Shown piece after piece: positions 26,411-39,751 of a stretch of DNA of 64,000 bases. Location of the stretch: positions 48,806,464-48,870,463 of the forward strand of contig NC_043011.1 of assembly GCF_006345805.1 (NCBI RefSeq). The letters are read 5' to 3'. This stretch comes from Octopus sinensis (Eukaryota). Numbering within the stretch: the first letter of the stretch is position 1; the number at the start of each line of letters is the position of its first letter. The translations under genes were made by a program, and so were the position numbers. The notes below the pieces were generated by a model that was not told the origin of the DNA, ran no database searches, and saw nothing but the letters and a program-made list of their open reading frames with translations.

Positions 26411-26774
26411 AATATATACATACATTATATATATATATATATATATATATGTATTCTGCAAATATAAACATAAGCTTGAGCTTATAAGAATTCAGTGTAT
26501 ATTGGCTATAGAAAATAGTCTAATATTGGGGCATATAAGCCCTAGATGGAAAGAAAAATGGATATTAGTACTAGTGAGAATTGAACCCACACCTTGCTTA
26601 TTAATACCTAATTTTTTCCCCATCAATTACTTGTATGAGCCAATATTAGACTATTTTCTATACCCAATATATGATGAATGCTTATAAACTTAAGCTTATA
26701 ATTATATTCACAGAATTTTCACTCATCACCACTTCTTAACTTTACACAGGATATGCTTACACACACACCACACA

Positions 26775-26820
<46 letters not shown>

Positions 26821-26968
26821 ACAAACACGTGTGTGTGCATTTTAAAAGTCATTAACAATTCTACAAGTCCATCCAAATAATGGATATCAAACTGAATTCA
26901 TATATGTATATATATATATGTATTATTATCATTGTTATTATTATTATTGCTATTATTATTATTATTGC

Positions 26969-27014
<46 letters not shown>

Positions 27015-27867
27015 TTATTATTATTATTATTGTTGTTGTTATTATTATCATTACTATTATTATTATTAAACATTTATTCTGGTGTGACAGAAATGTTTTA
27101 TTCAGTTTGAAAATCTGACATAGAAAATTAAAATTTCCTTTATAAATATTTCACAAGTTATCAATTTATCAATTTATCAATTTTATCTCAACTTTCATCT
27201 GATATTTATTTTGTTTCATTAAAGGGCAGGAGGTGGCTGCAGTCAATGAAAATATTCTCACGTTTTAAATATTAATTAAATAGAGAAAATGTTATTAAAT
27301 TTGTCAAAAATATTTTCTTTAAACATTTCCTGTTTTCTTTCCTTCATTACCAACTAAAATCATTATCTTAATGAATGGAAAATAATAACTGTATATATAA
27401 TATCCTGCATATAAATATGTGTGTGATTGTGTGTGTGACTGTGAGCATATATAGTATATACAGATATATATTTCACTTTTGTTTAATTACAGTTTTAATA
27501 GCCTGTTGTACATACATATATGCATATATCTATACACTCACTCTCATGCATACACATATACATATATGCATACATAGATACATAATACATACATGCATAT
27601 ACACATATATATATGTATTAGTGAGTATATATATATGTGTGTGTATATCTATTTATATTTATATTTATCTATCTTTATATATGTGTGTGAGTGTGTGTAT
27701 GTGTATATATATACATATATATATTAAAATATATAAATATATATATATATACTTAACTACATTTATATATACATATATATATTATACATATATATATTAT
27801 ATACATATATATATATATTATATATATATATATATATACTTACATACATTTATACATATATATATAT

Positions 27868-27899
<32 letters not shown>

Positions 27900-28014
27900 C
27901 TTACATACATTTATACTTATATATATATATATATGTGTGTGTGTGGTGTTGTGTAAACAAAAATACACATTAGGTACTTAATGTCAATTTTTTATCCATT
28001 TATAATCGAACGCC

Positions 28015-28031
28015 ATGCTGCCTCGTCCACA
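28015..28031 (+). CDS. Candidate first coding exon portion, MLPRP(Q)
   Basis: gccATGCTGCCTCGTCCACA|GTAAGT: good start context and consensus donor, in a small CpG-containing island within AT-rich DNA. Confidence 0.3.
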
Positions 28032-28061
28032 GTAAGTTCTTTTTTATATTATATTATATAT

Positions 28062-28107
<46 letters not shown>

Positions 28108-28819
28108 ATATTTGGATGTATATATATATGTATGTATGTATGTATGTATTCATACAGATACATATACTCAGATAGATAGATAGATAGATAGATAGACAGA
28201 TATAAGAACATTTGAAAATGAGTTACAGCAAAGCAGAGAGTCAAATAGCTTATCAATGAGACGGCTTCAGCAATACAACAAACGATGATTAAAATAAAGC
28301 TTTTCTAGAACAACGGATAGTTTGAATACATGTGATAAATTTATACATATATATATGTTGTCATCTATTGTAAATTTGATACGAATTTAGAAGAGCAATG
28401 TCTAAAAATTTGAAACCTGTATATATACGCAAAATAGAGATGAGTTATAGAGTAGAATAAGAAAACGAAACATCACTCGTGTCAAGATAGTCGAGTTTAA
28501 AGAACCATCAAAGAACATGATATTCAGGATTGATTAATGAGGTAAAAGAATAAAAATCTTGATATCAGAAACAAAGAGGAAGCTATATGGCAAAATAACT
28601 CATGTGTTGATAAATTTCTAAATATTATTTATATGGTGCATCAAATTTTTCAAGGTAGGAAACTGGATAATCAGAGGAAGGAAGACAGAAGAGATGGTTT
28701 ATATTTATTTGTTCATGTTTGCAAGAGTAAGATGATTTATTTGCTGGGTAGGTAATTGATATTTATTATTATAGGTAGATATGTGTGTGTGCATGTGTAT
28801 GTGTGAGTATGTCTGTCTG

Positions 28820-28886
<67 letters not shown>

Positions 28887-29009
28887 CAGTCGCCACTTAG
28901 TTTTAACATCTATCTGTATATATATATATATATATGTATGTGTATGTGCATATATATAAATGCATACATACATATATATGTATGCATATACATATATATA
29001 CATAAGTCT

Positions 29010-29199
29010 GGCGCTACGTTCTGAGATAAAATTCAGCCGAGGTCGACTTTGCCCTTCATCCTTTCAGGGTCGATAAATTAAGTACCAGTTACGCACTGGG
29101 GTCGATGTACTTGACTTAATCCCTTTGTCTGTCCTTGTTTGTCCCCTCTGTGTTTAGCCCCTTGTGGGTAGTAAAGAAATATATATATATATATATATA

Positions 29200-29247
<48 letters not shown>

Positions 29248-29392
29248 ATATATATATACATATATATACATATATATACATATATATACATATATATGCA
29301 TATATATATCTTTTCCACTCTAGGCACAAGGTCCGAAATTTTGGGGGAGGGTGCCAGTCAATTTGATCGACTCCAGTACACAACTGGTACCT
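29010..29392. mobile_element. Two SINE B fragments in opposite orientation separated by (TA)n
   Basis: Plus fragment 29010-29175, minus fragment 29310-29392. Confidence 0.8.
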
Positions 29393-29980
29393 AATGGCAG
29401 ATGCAATTGTTTTCAGAGTAGAAATGACTGAACAATAAAGTGCTTGATGTGACAATTGAACCAAACTAAAGAAATAAACATCAACAATCAAAAAATGAGA
29501 TATTTTCTATATCCTGGGATGGCGTAGTTGTACAACAAAGAAGAGAAGTCCCACCTTATTGCTAAATTTGAATGTGACATTTTGTCTATCCAGTAAATCC
29601 CAAATGCAATGTAGATTAGAAATCGCAACCAGCCAATGGTAAAGAGACGCATATGTATCGTTAATAGAGAGGATTTGGTGGATATTCTCCGATCAATATT
29701 TGATCCAGGGAAGATATACATAACAACCTTTAGTATTTGCCTGACTCTGCATATTATTAAACAGATGATTGAAATGCAGTGCTTCTCAACAGATTGTATT
29801 TTGTTTGCATATTTGGCCTATTGAGAGGCCGACAAACAAAGATTTACTTTCATCAAGTCTGGGAGAAATCAAAACACGAATGCAGATTTCCCAAATGAAA
29901 CTGAGATAAGAATCTATGAATTTTTAGTTCATATATATATATATATAATATATATATATATATGTGTGTGTGTGTATATA

Positions 29981-30058
<78 letters not shown>

Positions 30059-30683
30059 TCATATATGTATAGAGAAATGAGAAGAGATAGCAATTTGAAT
30101 AATCTTTAGTGATATATTTCTTTTGTTCTGGGAATACAATCAAAAATGTCAACAAGAATCACAACATCGGTTCCATCAGTGAATTGCCTTTGCTCAATAA
30201 GGGACAGTGTTCATAATAGTAGTTGCTTAAAAGATGATGCACTGGGATCTAGGCAGAGATTCAAATTAAGGAAGGCGTCTAAAACATGGCATCTCTGACA
30301 TGTTTCAACATCAACAAGCAGTCATTTCTAGTTATTTTTGAGGAGATACAGTAGCTACCATTTCAGCAATTTATACTGATGATGTCTCAACGAGGCAAAA
30401 ACGCGTTTCCCATGTTCTGCAGAAAAATGAACAAGTAATGTTCAATGTTAGTATGGGAACACAACTGCAAATCTGGTGAGATGAGAAGGCCTGATTATTT
30501 TGAATCCTAATACTTCACATATTATTGATATTATGCAGGTGTGGCTATGTGGTAAGAAGCTTGCTTCCCAACCACATGGTTCTGGGTTCAGTCCCACTGC
30601 ATGGTACCTTGGGCAAGTGTCTTCTACTATAGCTTCACCAAAAGCATATAGAATGTTTGTTTATGTGTAAACAAATATGAACT

Positions 30684-30726
<43 letters not shown>

Positions 30727-30729
<3 letters not shown>

Positions 30730-30989
30730 TATATTGAGGGTACTACTATTCGTAGATACCACATGCTAAGAGGGACCAATGCGGTCAAAACTACTAAAAT
30801 AAACAAAATTTTATCGAATGTAAAACTTCAAAGCAAATCATTTAAAAAAAGAATTGTTACAATTCTTTTTTTAAATGATTTGCTTTGAAGTTTTGCATTC
30901 GGTAAAATTTTGTTTATTTTAGTAGTTTTGACCGCATTGGTCCCTCTTAGCGTGGGGTATCTACAAATAGTAGTACCCTCAATATAATA
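30727..30989. repeat. Near-perfect 263-bp palindrome
   Basis: TATTATATTGAGGGTACTACTATT ... AATAGTAGTACCCTCAATATAATA; centre GAATTGTTACAATTC. Confidence 0.95.
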
Positions 30990-31095
30990 TAAATAAATAT
31001 TTTCAAAGTGGAAAAATTTACGGATTTTTTTCTCTTACAAGGTTTTTCACGCTAACTACTGATAATTTCTTTTAAAGATTTTATCCTCAATTGTT

Positions 31096-31134
<39 letters not shown>

Positions 31135-31915
31135 GTGCAGCAGTGGTAAGAAGCTTGCTTTCCAACTGTAGCAGCACAAACAGCCAGCGCCATATTGGAT
31201 GAGATCTCACGGCAGCCATTGCCATCACCAAGACTGGAGCGAGACCTCACCCACATCCATTTGCCATACGCGAGATCACAACAAGGCTTGCGATGGAGAA
31301 AACTATATAAACAGGAAACCGATTCAGACCAGCCTCTTTTGGCACCATTTACACAGCAGCATTGGCTGAACATGAACTCTGGCATAGTTATCTGCCTGTC
31401 TATCTCCAGTGGCTATGCACTCACACTATAGGAGTTTAAGATGGTAGCTGAGAGCATCACACTTCACCTTTCCTGTAAATAAACCAGTTGTAAATAGCAT
31501 TTATGCTGGAAGTCTTTTCTCTTCACCTGCCGAATGCCTGGACTACATAAAGAACAAGAAAGAAATGATGTTCCTCCGATATCATAAACCTTGCCTTCCA
31601 TTGCAAAACAACTATATGGTTCTGGGTTTAGTCCTGCTGCATGGCATCTTGGGTAAGTGTCTTTTGCTATAGCTTCAGGCTGCCAATAGCCATGTCAATA
31701 TATTTGTATGTGTGTGTCTGTGTTTGTCCCCCCACCATCGATTGACAACTAATGCTGGTGTGTTTATGTACCCGTAACCTAGCAGTTCGGCAATAGAAAC
31801 TGATAGAATAAGTACTAGGCTAACAAAGAATAGGTACTGGGGTCGATTTGTTCAACTAAAGGCAGTGCTCCAGCATGGCCGCAGTCAAATGACTGACACA
31901 AGTAAAAGAATAAAA
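31135..31915 (+). mobile_element. SINE family A interrupted by a 444-bp insertion
   Basis: Head ...GCTTGCTTTCCAAC resumes as ...ACTATATGGTTCTGGGTTTAGTCC. Confidence 0.8.
31167..31610 (+). mobile_element. Probable solo LTR
   Basis: TG...CA ends, TATATAAA at 31304, AATAAA at 31478; TSD not clean. Confidence 0.5.
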
Positions 31916-32242
31916 GAATATATGTATATATATACACGATGAGCTTCTTTCAGTTTCCGTGTAACAAATCTGCTTGCAAGGCTTTGGTCAGTCCAAGGCT
32001 ATACAGACACTTGCCCAAGGTGCCACACACCTAGACTGAACCTGGAACAATGAGGTTAAGAAGCAAGCTTCTTACCACACTGTCACACCTATAATTCCAA
32101 ATGATATTTAATTATAAGAATATAACAGGATTTTGTTTTTTTAAACATTGTTAGTTAAGTTAGTTAATTTAATTTGGCTCAAAAAGCAAAAAGCAAGGCC
32201 ATGTAGGGGGACATGGAGTTATGTACAGGGAGAGTGTTCATA

Positions 32243-32870
32243 CAAAGAGTTCAGGCCATTTCTGGTCAAGAGAGACTTTGAACTGAGCGGTCGTCGGCAT
32301 CTTCACTATCTTGTCTGGCATTTTATTCCACGGATCTGCAACCCGGATGGAGAAAGCCCTTCTCCTTCGATTGAGACAAAATCGTCACAGATAGAGCTTT
32401 TCGGAGTGACCCTGCAGCCGATGCTCTGGAGCAGGAGTGAAGAACAGCTCTTTCGAGAGGTTACACTTTCTGCTTATGATGTTGTGAGCAAGAATGAGAT
32501 CACCACGGCTTCGTCGTTTTTCTAGAGAATAAAGGTCAAGCGTCTTCAGCCTTTCTTCATAAGACAAATGCTTGAGACCAAGAACCATGCGGGTAGCCAG
32601 CTTCTGGACTCTTTTGAGATAACGTATGTCTTTGAGGAGATAAGGAGAAGAAGCTTGAATCCCGTACTCCAATATGTATCTCGCCAGCGTGACATAGAGC
32701 GGTAGGAATATGGCTGCTGCGAGCATTCCAAATGACCGAATTGCAATGAGGGTCCAGTGGAGTAACAGATGAATAAAAGGAGTCCAAAGATTAAAATATG
32801 GTTGAGAACTACTGTTCCAATTCTTCTGCAAATCTGCAAGAGCCAGTAAGTTGACAATGGCTTCCATGAA
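32243..32870 (-). mobile_element. CR1-clade LINE, RT C-terminal fragment
   Basis: YVTLARYILEY...RVQKLATRMVLGLKHLSYEERLKTLDLYSLEKRRSRGDLI...AFSIRVADPWNKMP...FKVSLD, with one internal stop. Confidence 0.9.
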
Positions 32871-33440
32871 CAACCACAGCAAACAACAACACTAGCAACC
32901 ACCGATTCTCAAAGATTCAATGATTTTCACCTGAAACCTGTTCTAATGGTCGAATCATTTGAGTGGCTACAATAACATTTCATTCCTGACTTAATGACGA
33001 ATCCGATTTTCAAATATCCATTGAAATTTCAATTACTTTTGAAAACGAATTACAATTTTAAACGGAAGATATTGGCTAAGGAAATCATACAAATTCTTAG
33101 CCAAACTATACAGAAACCAATCATTTCATTTGAATTTATCTGTATCAATCAAACTACTTAAGTAATACAATATTAAACTTGCTTGTTTTTGTGAGTTAAA
33201 AAATTTTTTTTTCTATTATTTTTGTTTTCATCTATATTTGTATTAGAACTCATATTAAGTTTGTGTTTTTTTTTTTTGGTTTTTGGTTTTTGTCTCCTTT
33301 TCGCTTCATTTGTGTTGCATTACATGGAAATGCTGGGAGCTCATTAAATTTACACTAATCAAACTTCATTATAGGAATGACGATTATGTACGGAAACGAG
33401 ATGTTTTGATAGACTCAGAATAACAGGTCAATGAAATTGA

Positions 33441-33491
<51 letters not shown>

Positions 33492-33512
33492 GTATATACA
33501 TATATATATATG

Positions 33513-33550
<38 letters not shown>

Positions 33551-33669
33551 TATATATAGATATATATATACACATATATAAACATATATAAATATGTATA
33601 AATACACACACATATGTATATACATATACACACCTATATGTGTATGTGTGACTGTGTGTGTTCGACAAG

Positions 33670-34620
33670 TTCCAGTGCTCAGATCCTCTTGCTCACCATA
33701 GTCCTCCAGACAATAACAGAGGAATTAAATTAAAACAGGCTGCCCCTGTGAACTCCTCTATGCCAATGAACTTGCTCTTGTAGCTGAATCACTTCTTGAA
33801 CTAGTGAAGAAGCTCCAGGTATAGAAGCAAGGTAAGGCAGACAAATTACAAATCCCTTATGGGAGACAGCCCTGCTCAATCTGTAGAAAAGGTGTAGGTA
33901 GAAACTTCATAAGGTGCACCCAGATGGGCATCTGAGAAAGTTTAATAGAGAAACTAACTTTTGTAAGTGGAAGGTGCACAAGGACAATAAACAATGAAAA
34001 TGTGCAGAAAATAGACTCCATCAACTGCCAGGTGGGAAAGCTAGAGGTAGTTGATAGCTTCCTTTTATCTAGGTGACCAAGTTAGTAGTGGAGGTGAAGC
34101 CTCTGAGAGCATAGCTGTAAGAATAAGATTAGACTGGGCAAAGTTCAGGGAACTCCTACCCCTCCTGGCAACAAAGGTCATCTCTCTCTCGGAGTGACAG
34201 GTTGATTGTTTGATGCCTGTGTGCAAACAGCTATGCCGCATGTCACTGAAACATTGGCTTTAACAGCTGAAGACATGCATAAGGTTGAAAGAAATGAAGC
34301 CAGTATGCTCCGCCAGATGTGCAAAGTTGGTGTGCATGTTCAACAGAGTGTAAGCATCTTAAGAGAAAAGTTAGGCATAAGAGAAATCAGATGTGCTGTG
34401 CAAGAGAGATGACTGTGCTGGTATGGTTATGTGATGTATATGGACGAGGAGAGCTGTGTAAAGAAGTGCTGATCTCTAACTGTGGAGGGAACCTGTGGTA
34501 GAAGTAGACCCAGGAAGACATGGGACAAGGTGGTGATGCATGGTCTTTGAGCCTCACAGAGGTAATGACTGGTGACCAAGACCTTTGGTGATGTGCTATG
34601 CTTGAGAAAACCCATCAAGC
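33670..34620 (+). mobile_element. Decayed RTE-clade LINE (RT YADD region to C-terminus)
   Basis: KTGCPCELLYANELALVAES (decayed YADD), PCSICRKGVG, ERNEASML, RPRKTWDKVV; many stops and frameshifts. Confidence 0.9.
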
Positions 34621-35090
34621 CTAGTGCATCCATGCTGGTGGCACATAAAGCACAACTTTTGAAAGTTGGGCCTCACAGAGGCAAACTGAGTTCCTTTTGA
34701 GCATTGGGCATCACAAATGCAAAGTGGCACAGTTTCTTTCAAGTGTTGGGCCTCACAGAGGCAACGATCAAGACCTCTGGCATTATGTTGTGCTTGAGAA
34801 GAAGATCCATCAAGCCAAGCAAAATCACAGATGTCACGCAAATTGGCACCCATGCTGGTGGCATGTAAATACACCCTGGTGTCACACAAATGGCACCGGT
34901 GCCAGTGGTACATAGGGGCACCCATCACACTCTGAGAGTGGTTGGGATTAGGAAGGGTGTCTGGCAGTAGAAAACCATGCCAAATCAGACTGGAGTCTGG
35001 TGCAGCCTTCCAGCGTGCCAGCCCAGTCAAACCATCCAACCCATGCCAGCATGAACAACGGATGTTAAATGATGACGATGATGATGTGAT
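34620..35090 (+). mobile_element. RTE 3' UTR/tail with internal repeats, ending in (GAT)n
   Basis: Continuous with the RTE ORF remnant; tail shared with other copies. Confidence 0.75.
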
Positions 35091-35094
35091 TTTG

Positions 35095-35472
35095 CTTCAC
35101 TTGATGGTTCTTCTTCTCAAGATTGACATAATGCCAAAGGTCTTGGTCATTGCCTCAGTGAGGCCTGCCTCTGTGAGGCCCATCACTCAAAAGGAACTCA
35201 GACACTGGCTCCTTGAAAGGAATTCAGGCACTTTGCCTCCGTGAAGGTATCGGTCATCATTCATTGCTTCTTTGAGGCTCAAAGTTCGAAGATCATGCTT
35301 CACTACCTCGTCCCATGTCTTCCTGGGTCTACTACCACAGGTTCCCTCCACAGTTAGAGATCAGCACTTCTTTACACAACTGTCCTCATCCATATGCATA
35401 TGACCATACCAACACAGTCGTCTCTCTTGCATAGTACATCTGATTCCTCTCATGCCTAACTTTTCTCTCAAG
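35095..35472 (-). mobile_element. RTE fragment inverted relative to 34355-34620
   Basis: CCCATGTCTTCCTGGGTCTAC...CCTCCACAGTTAGAGATCAGCACTTCTTTACAC is the reverse complement of 34440-34525. Confidence 0.85.
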
Positions 35473-35623
35473 ATATATATATATATATATATAAACACAA
35501 ACATGTATATATATGTATACATATATATATATATATAATGTAAACTATATATGTTGTGTATAAATATATATATATATATATATATAGTATGTATGTATGT
35601 GTGTATATATAGAGAGAAAGATA

Positions 35624-35662
<39 letters not shown>

Positions 35663-36341
35663 ATACATACATACCTATATATAAACATTATATAAATGTA
35701 TATATCAGTCTTTATAAATATACATAGAAATAAATAAATATATATATCTACATATATGTGTGTGTGTATATATATCTTGATGGGTATTTATGCAGTAGTA
35801 ATGCGTGTATGCTGGAGGAGTATATGTAGACAGGTACAACTCTGTATGAAAGTGTAAGCATAGTTACCTAGATGCATATGCGTATCCTCATGTATATAAA
35901 TATGTTTCTATACATATCTAATTAGATATATGCATAGGTTCAACTGTATATCATTACTTACACTCTTTATATATATATCAAGAAATATTAAAAAAAGCCA
36001 CACAAATAAACTCAGACACAGAGAGCAACTCGTATTTATATACTTTCAATTTGGCCATTTTTTTTTTACTTTAATGCTGTGTTGAGTGCATTAAGGTTAT
36101 GTTATAAATAGGCTAATGTTGATATTATGTAATCGTACATAAATATGTACATATTTATTATAACTCCGAGAACTGATGTTTATTTATATGGATAATATTA
36201 TACAAAACATAACTATATGTATGTGTGAGCATATATATATATATGTGTGTTTGTGCATGTATATATAAATATCTGCATGTGTGTGTGTATATGTATATAC
36301 ATGCATGATATAGAAATATCCGCATATCTGTATGTATGTGA

Positions 36342-36418
<77 letters not shown>

Positions 36419-36796
36419 CTATTTGACTATGTATGTACTTTGGTTTGTATGGGTTATGTGTGCGTATTATTATACATCATATTACTACAAAGTATGCTGT
36501 ATATAATATATTTGGTAGATACATGTATAAATGTATATATAAACAGATGTGTGTACACACACATGCTTGCATAATCTATTATTAAAAAAAAAGAATCTTG
36601 TTCTTGTTATTGGAAGTTTACAAGAAATCTTTAATCATGCTAATAACTTCTACTGATCATTCTTAAGTGGTTACGTTTCGGTTTAATAACCATAATAGTT
36701 TTCAGATGGGTTTTCACCATATTGGAGATAATGGCTGGCTTAACAAATAGTATTGACTGAGGTAATCAATAGGCTGTTAAAAAGAATCACTACAAT

Positions 36797-37205
36797 ATGA
36801 AGGAGGAGAAGAAGAAGAAGAAGAAGAAGAAGAAGAAGAAAGAGAAGATGAAAGAGAAGAAGAAGAAGAAGATGAAGAAGAAGAAAAAGGAGAAGAAGAA
36901 GAAGGAGAAGAAGAAGAAGATGAAAGAGAAGAAGAAAAAAGAGGAGAAGAAGAAGAAGGAGAAGGAGAAAAAGAAGAAGAAGAAGAAGAAGAAGGAGGAG
37001 AGAAGAAGAGAAGAAGAAGAGAAGAAGAAGAAGAAAAACAAGAAGAAGAAGAAGAAGAAAAAGGAGAAGAAGAGGCGGAGGAAGAAGAAGAAGAAGAAGA
37101 AAAGGAAGAAGAAGAAGAAGAAGAAGAAGAAGAAGAAGAAGAAGAAGAAGAAGAAGAGAAGAAGAAGAAGAAGAAGAAGAAGAAGAAGAAGAAGAAGAAG
37201 AAGGG
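36797..37205. repeat. About 410-bp (GAA)n-type polypurine tract
   Basis: Direct reading; explains the poly-K and poly-F ORFs. Confidence 0.95.
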
Positions 37206-38459
37206 TAAGAAAAATATGAGATCCTTTATGATTGGATTGCATTAGATTGGATTGCTTTGGATTGGGAAAGAAAAATTCATCAATTTCGTTTGTGATTAAA
37301 AATATTTTTGGCCAGGGAATAATTTTTATTGCCTGTCAGTCATTAATAATAAAAAAAAAAAAGATGTTCGGTTTTGTTTGTTTTTTTTTCTCCCCCCCCC
37401 CCCGCCGCAATTACATGAAAATTTAGCTTGATCGGAGTAGGTTGGGGATAATATGCTTGAGTGGATGAGAATGAATATGAAGACATATCAAACGATCTTG
37501 ATTTCTTTGGCTTTGGTTCCCTCTTTCTTTCTCTCTTAGAAGTTTTTATGTGCCTTGCTATTGCTTTGAATCATTGTACGTCTTCAATCAGTTGTCTTTG
37601 AGATGGAGCTGTGTTACGGAGGCTTCCAAACAGAACAGGGCTTTCAAAGATGCTCTTCCTAATTATCGTTATATTGTTATCTCCAATGGGACAATCATCA
37701 TTTTAAATGTGTCGAAAGGCACAGAATCTTCAACTTAAAGAAACAAGCAGAGATAATCAAACTGAACTGGTCAAGAAACAATACGATAATGAACGAAAAT
37801 GGAGACTTTATATTGGACAACTTGACCCCTTAAGAATAGCTGCCAAATAGTTCGCAAATTACACATTGTCTTCTTTTTTGTTGTTGTTGTTGTTAAGCAA
37901 CAAGACGGGTAAGGGTGATTAGGTGATGGTCTAGGGTTTAGGAGCAGGAGACCCAAGACCTTGGAAAAAAAAAAAAACTTTGGTCGTCTTGTTGTAGTCG
38001 AGGGCTCTTCGTTGACGCCCGACACATTGTCTTGAAAATGGAGGTGCACAATGGATAATGTACTTCCTTATATACTGTCTAAAATTAAGAGACGGGTTAG
38101 TTGTGGATAAACTGTCTTTAATTATGGATTAAGACCGGTTGAATTCGGGTTAAGTAATAAGATAGGGAACATTAGATAATCTAGTCCTAGATAGACTGTC
38201 TGAAATTATGATGGAATTGTCACAGTTCAAAGTTTTTAATCATTGAAATTCCATGAAGGCCAACTTTGCCTTTGTTCCAAATACTTTACACGAGAGTATA
38301 TAATCTTAGTACTGATTCTACAATTTTAGGGGTTAAGTAACTAATCTCAATACAAATGTGGATTATGACATAGGCGGAACCTAAAATAAAATTGACACAT
38401 ATTATGATATTAAACATGAGCCAAGCCTCAACTACCTCTTGTTTTATGTCAATATTTAC

Positions 38460-38840
38460 GGAGTGGCTGTGTGGTAAGTAGCTTGCTAACCAACCACATG
38501 GTTCCGGGTTCAGTCCCACTGCGTGGCATCTTGGGCAAGTGTCTTCTGCTATTGCCCTGGGCCGACTAATGCCTTGTGAGTGGATTTGGTAGACGGAAAC
38601 TGAAAGAAGCCTGTCGTATATATGTATATATATGCATGTGTGTGTTTGTGTGTCTGTGTTTGACCCCTAGCATTGCTTGACAACCAATGCTGGTGTGTTT
38701 ACGTCCCCGTCACTTAGCGGTTCGGCAAAAGAGACCGATAGAATAAGTACTGGGCTTACAAAGAATAAGTCCCGGTGTCGATTTGTTCGACTAAAGGCGG
38801 TGCTCCAGCATGGCCGCAGTCAAATGACTGAAACAAGTAA
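38460..38840 (+). mobile_element. SINE family A, full length
   Basis: Close to the pattern shared by the other copies. Confidence 0.9.
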
Positions 38841-38863
38841 AAGAGTAAAGAGTAAAAGAGTTT

Positions 38864-39285
38864 AAGGCAGTGAGCTGGCAGAAACATTAGCATGCTGGGT
38901 GAAATGCATAGCTGTATTTCGTCTGCTGTTACGTTCTGAGTTCAAATTCCACTGAGGTCGACTTTGCCTTTCATCCTTTCAGGGTCGATAAATAAAGTAC
39001 CAGTTACGCACTGGGGTCGATGTAATCGACTTAATCCATTTGTCTGTCCTTGTTTGTCCCTTCTATGTTTAGTCCCTTGTGGGTAGTAAAGAAATAGGTA
39101 TTTCGTCTGCCGTTACGTTCTGAGTTCAAATTCCGCCAAGGTCAACTTTGCCTTTTATCCTTTCGGGGTTGATAAATAAAGTACCAGTTACGCACTGGAG
39201 TCGATATGATCGACTTAATCCATTTGTCTGTCCTTGTTTGTCCCCTCTATGTTTAGCCCCTTGTGGGTAGTAAAGAAATAGTTAT
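38864..39285 (+). mobile_element. SINE family B with internal tandem duplication of its body
   Basis: AAGGCAGTGAGCTGGCAGAAAC head; the GTATTTCGTCTGC...GTAAAGAAATAG unit occurs twice. Confidence 0.9.
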
Positions 39286-39751
39286 TACAAATTGAGTCAT
39301 TTCCCAGGGCTAAGAGCACGAGAACTTGCATAGTCAATCTAGTTTGTAAATTTGAACAGAAAATTGAGAGACTTTCGGTATTCATGTGCTTGTGTTACGG
39401 TTAAACTCAAGACCTATTATTGTACACAAGGGCATTAAAACTCATGTTCGCAACTATGCCACGATAATGAATAAGTGCTGCAAAGTCAACAGAATCGTCC
39501 TGAGAGTGTTCCGTTCCTGTGATGGCCCTAAGGAGCAGCAGCATCATAGACAATAACAATAATAATGAAATTGGAACTTATTCAAGCCGAAGAATTAACG
39601 AGTTTTAGCTATGCAATAACTGAAGGTTGAGGTGGTCATGCCTGGAATGCCTTTGATCATAGGTATGCTCAGTCAGGGAAAGCCAGAGGTTCAGTTACAA
39701 CAACACATAGGCAGAAAATAATAAAAAATAAAAAAATGTTTTATAAAAGGC

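Noticed and set aside
29400-30530. Decayed transposase or Helitron coding remnant
   Set aside because: No diagnostic DDE, Rep or helicase motif could be read.
36670-36705. Minus-strand GGTT atta AACC GAAACGTA as an HHR remnant
   Set aside because: Upstream core is unrecognisable, and there is a single copy, so no consensus can be built.
36706-36761. 56-nt AG...GT exon candidate
   Set aside because: Stop codons in all three frames and a weaker donor (GTAATC).
36790-37242. Poly-Lys and poly-Phe ORFs (also 61157-61571)
   Set aside because: (GAA)n tracts.
37550-37860. First coding exon with signal peptide (MLFLIIVILLSPMGQSSF)
   Set aside because: Stops after 18 codons; all frames are closed before the 37909 donor unless an indel is assumed.
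39400-39545. CR1/L2 RT fragment (NKCCKVNRIVLRVFRSCD)
   Set aside because: Only a vague resemblance over about 20 aa.
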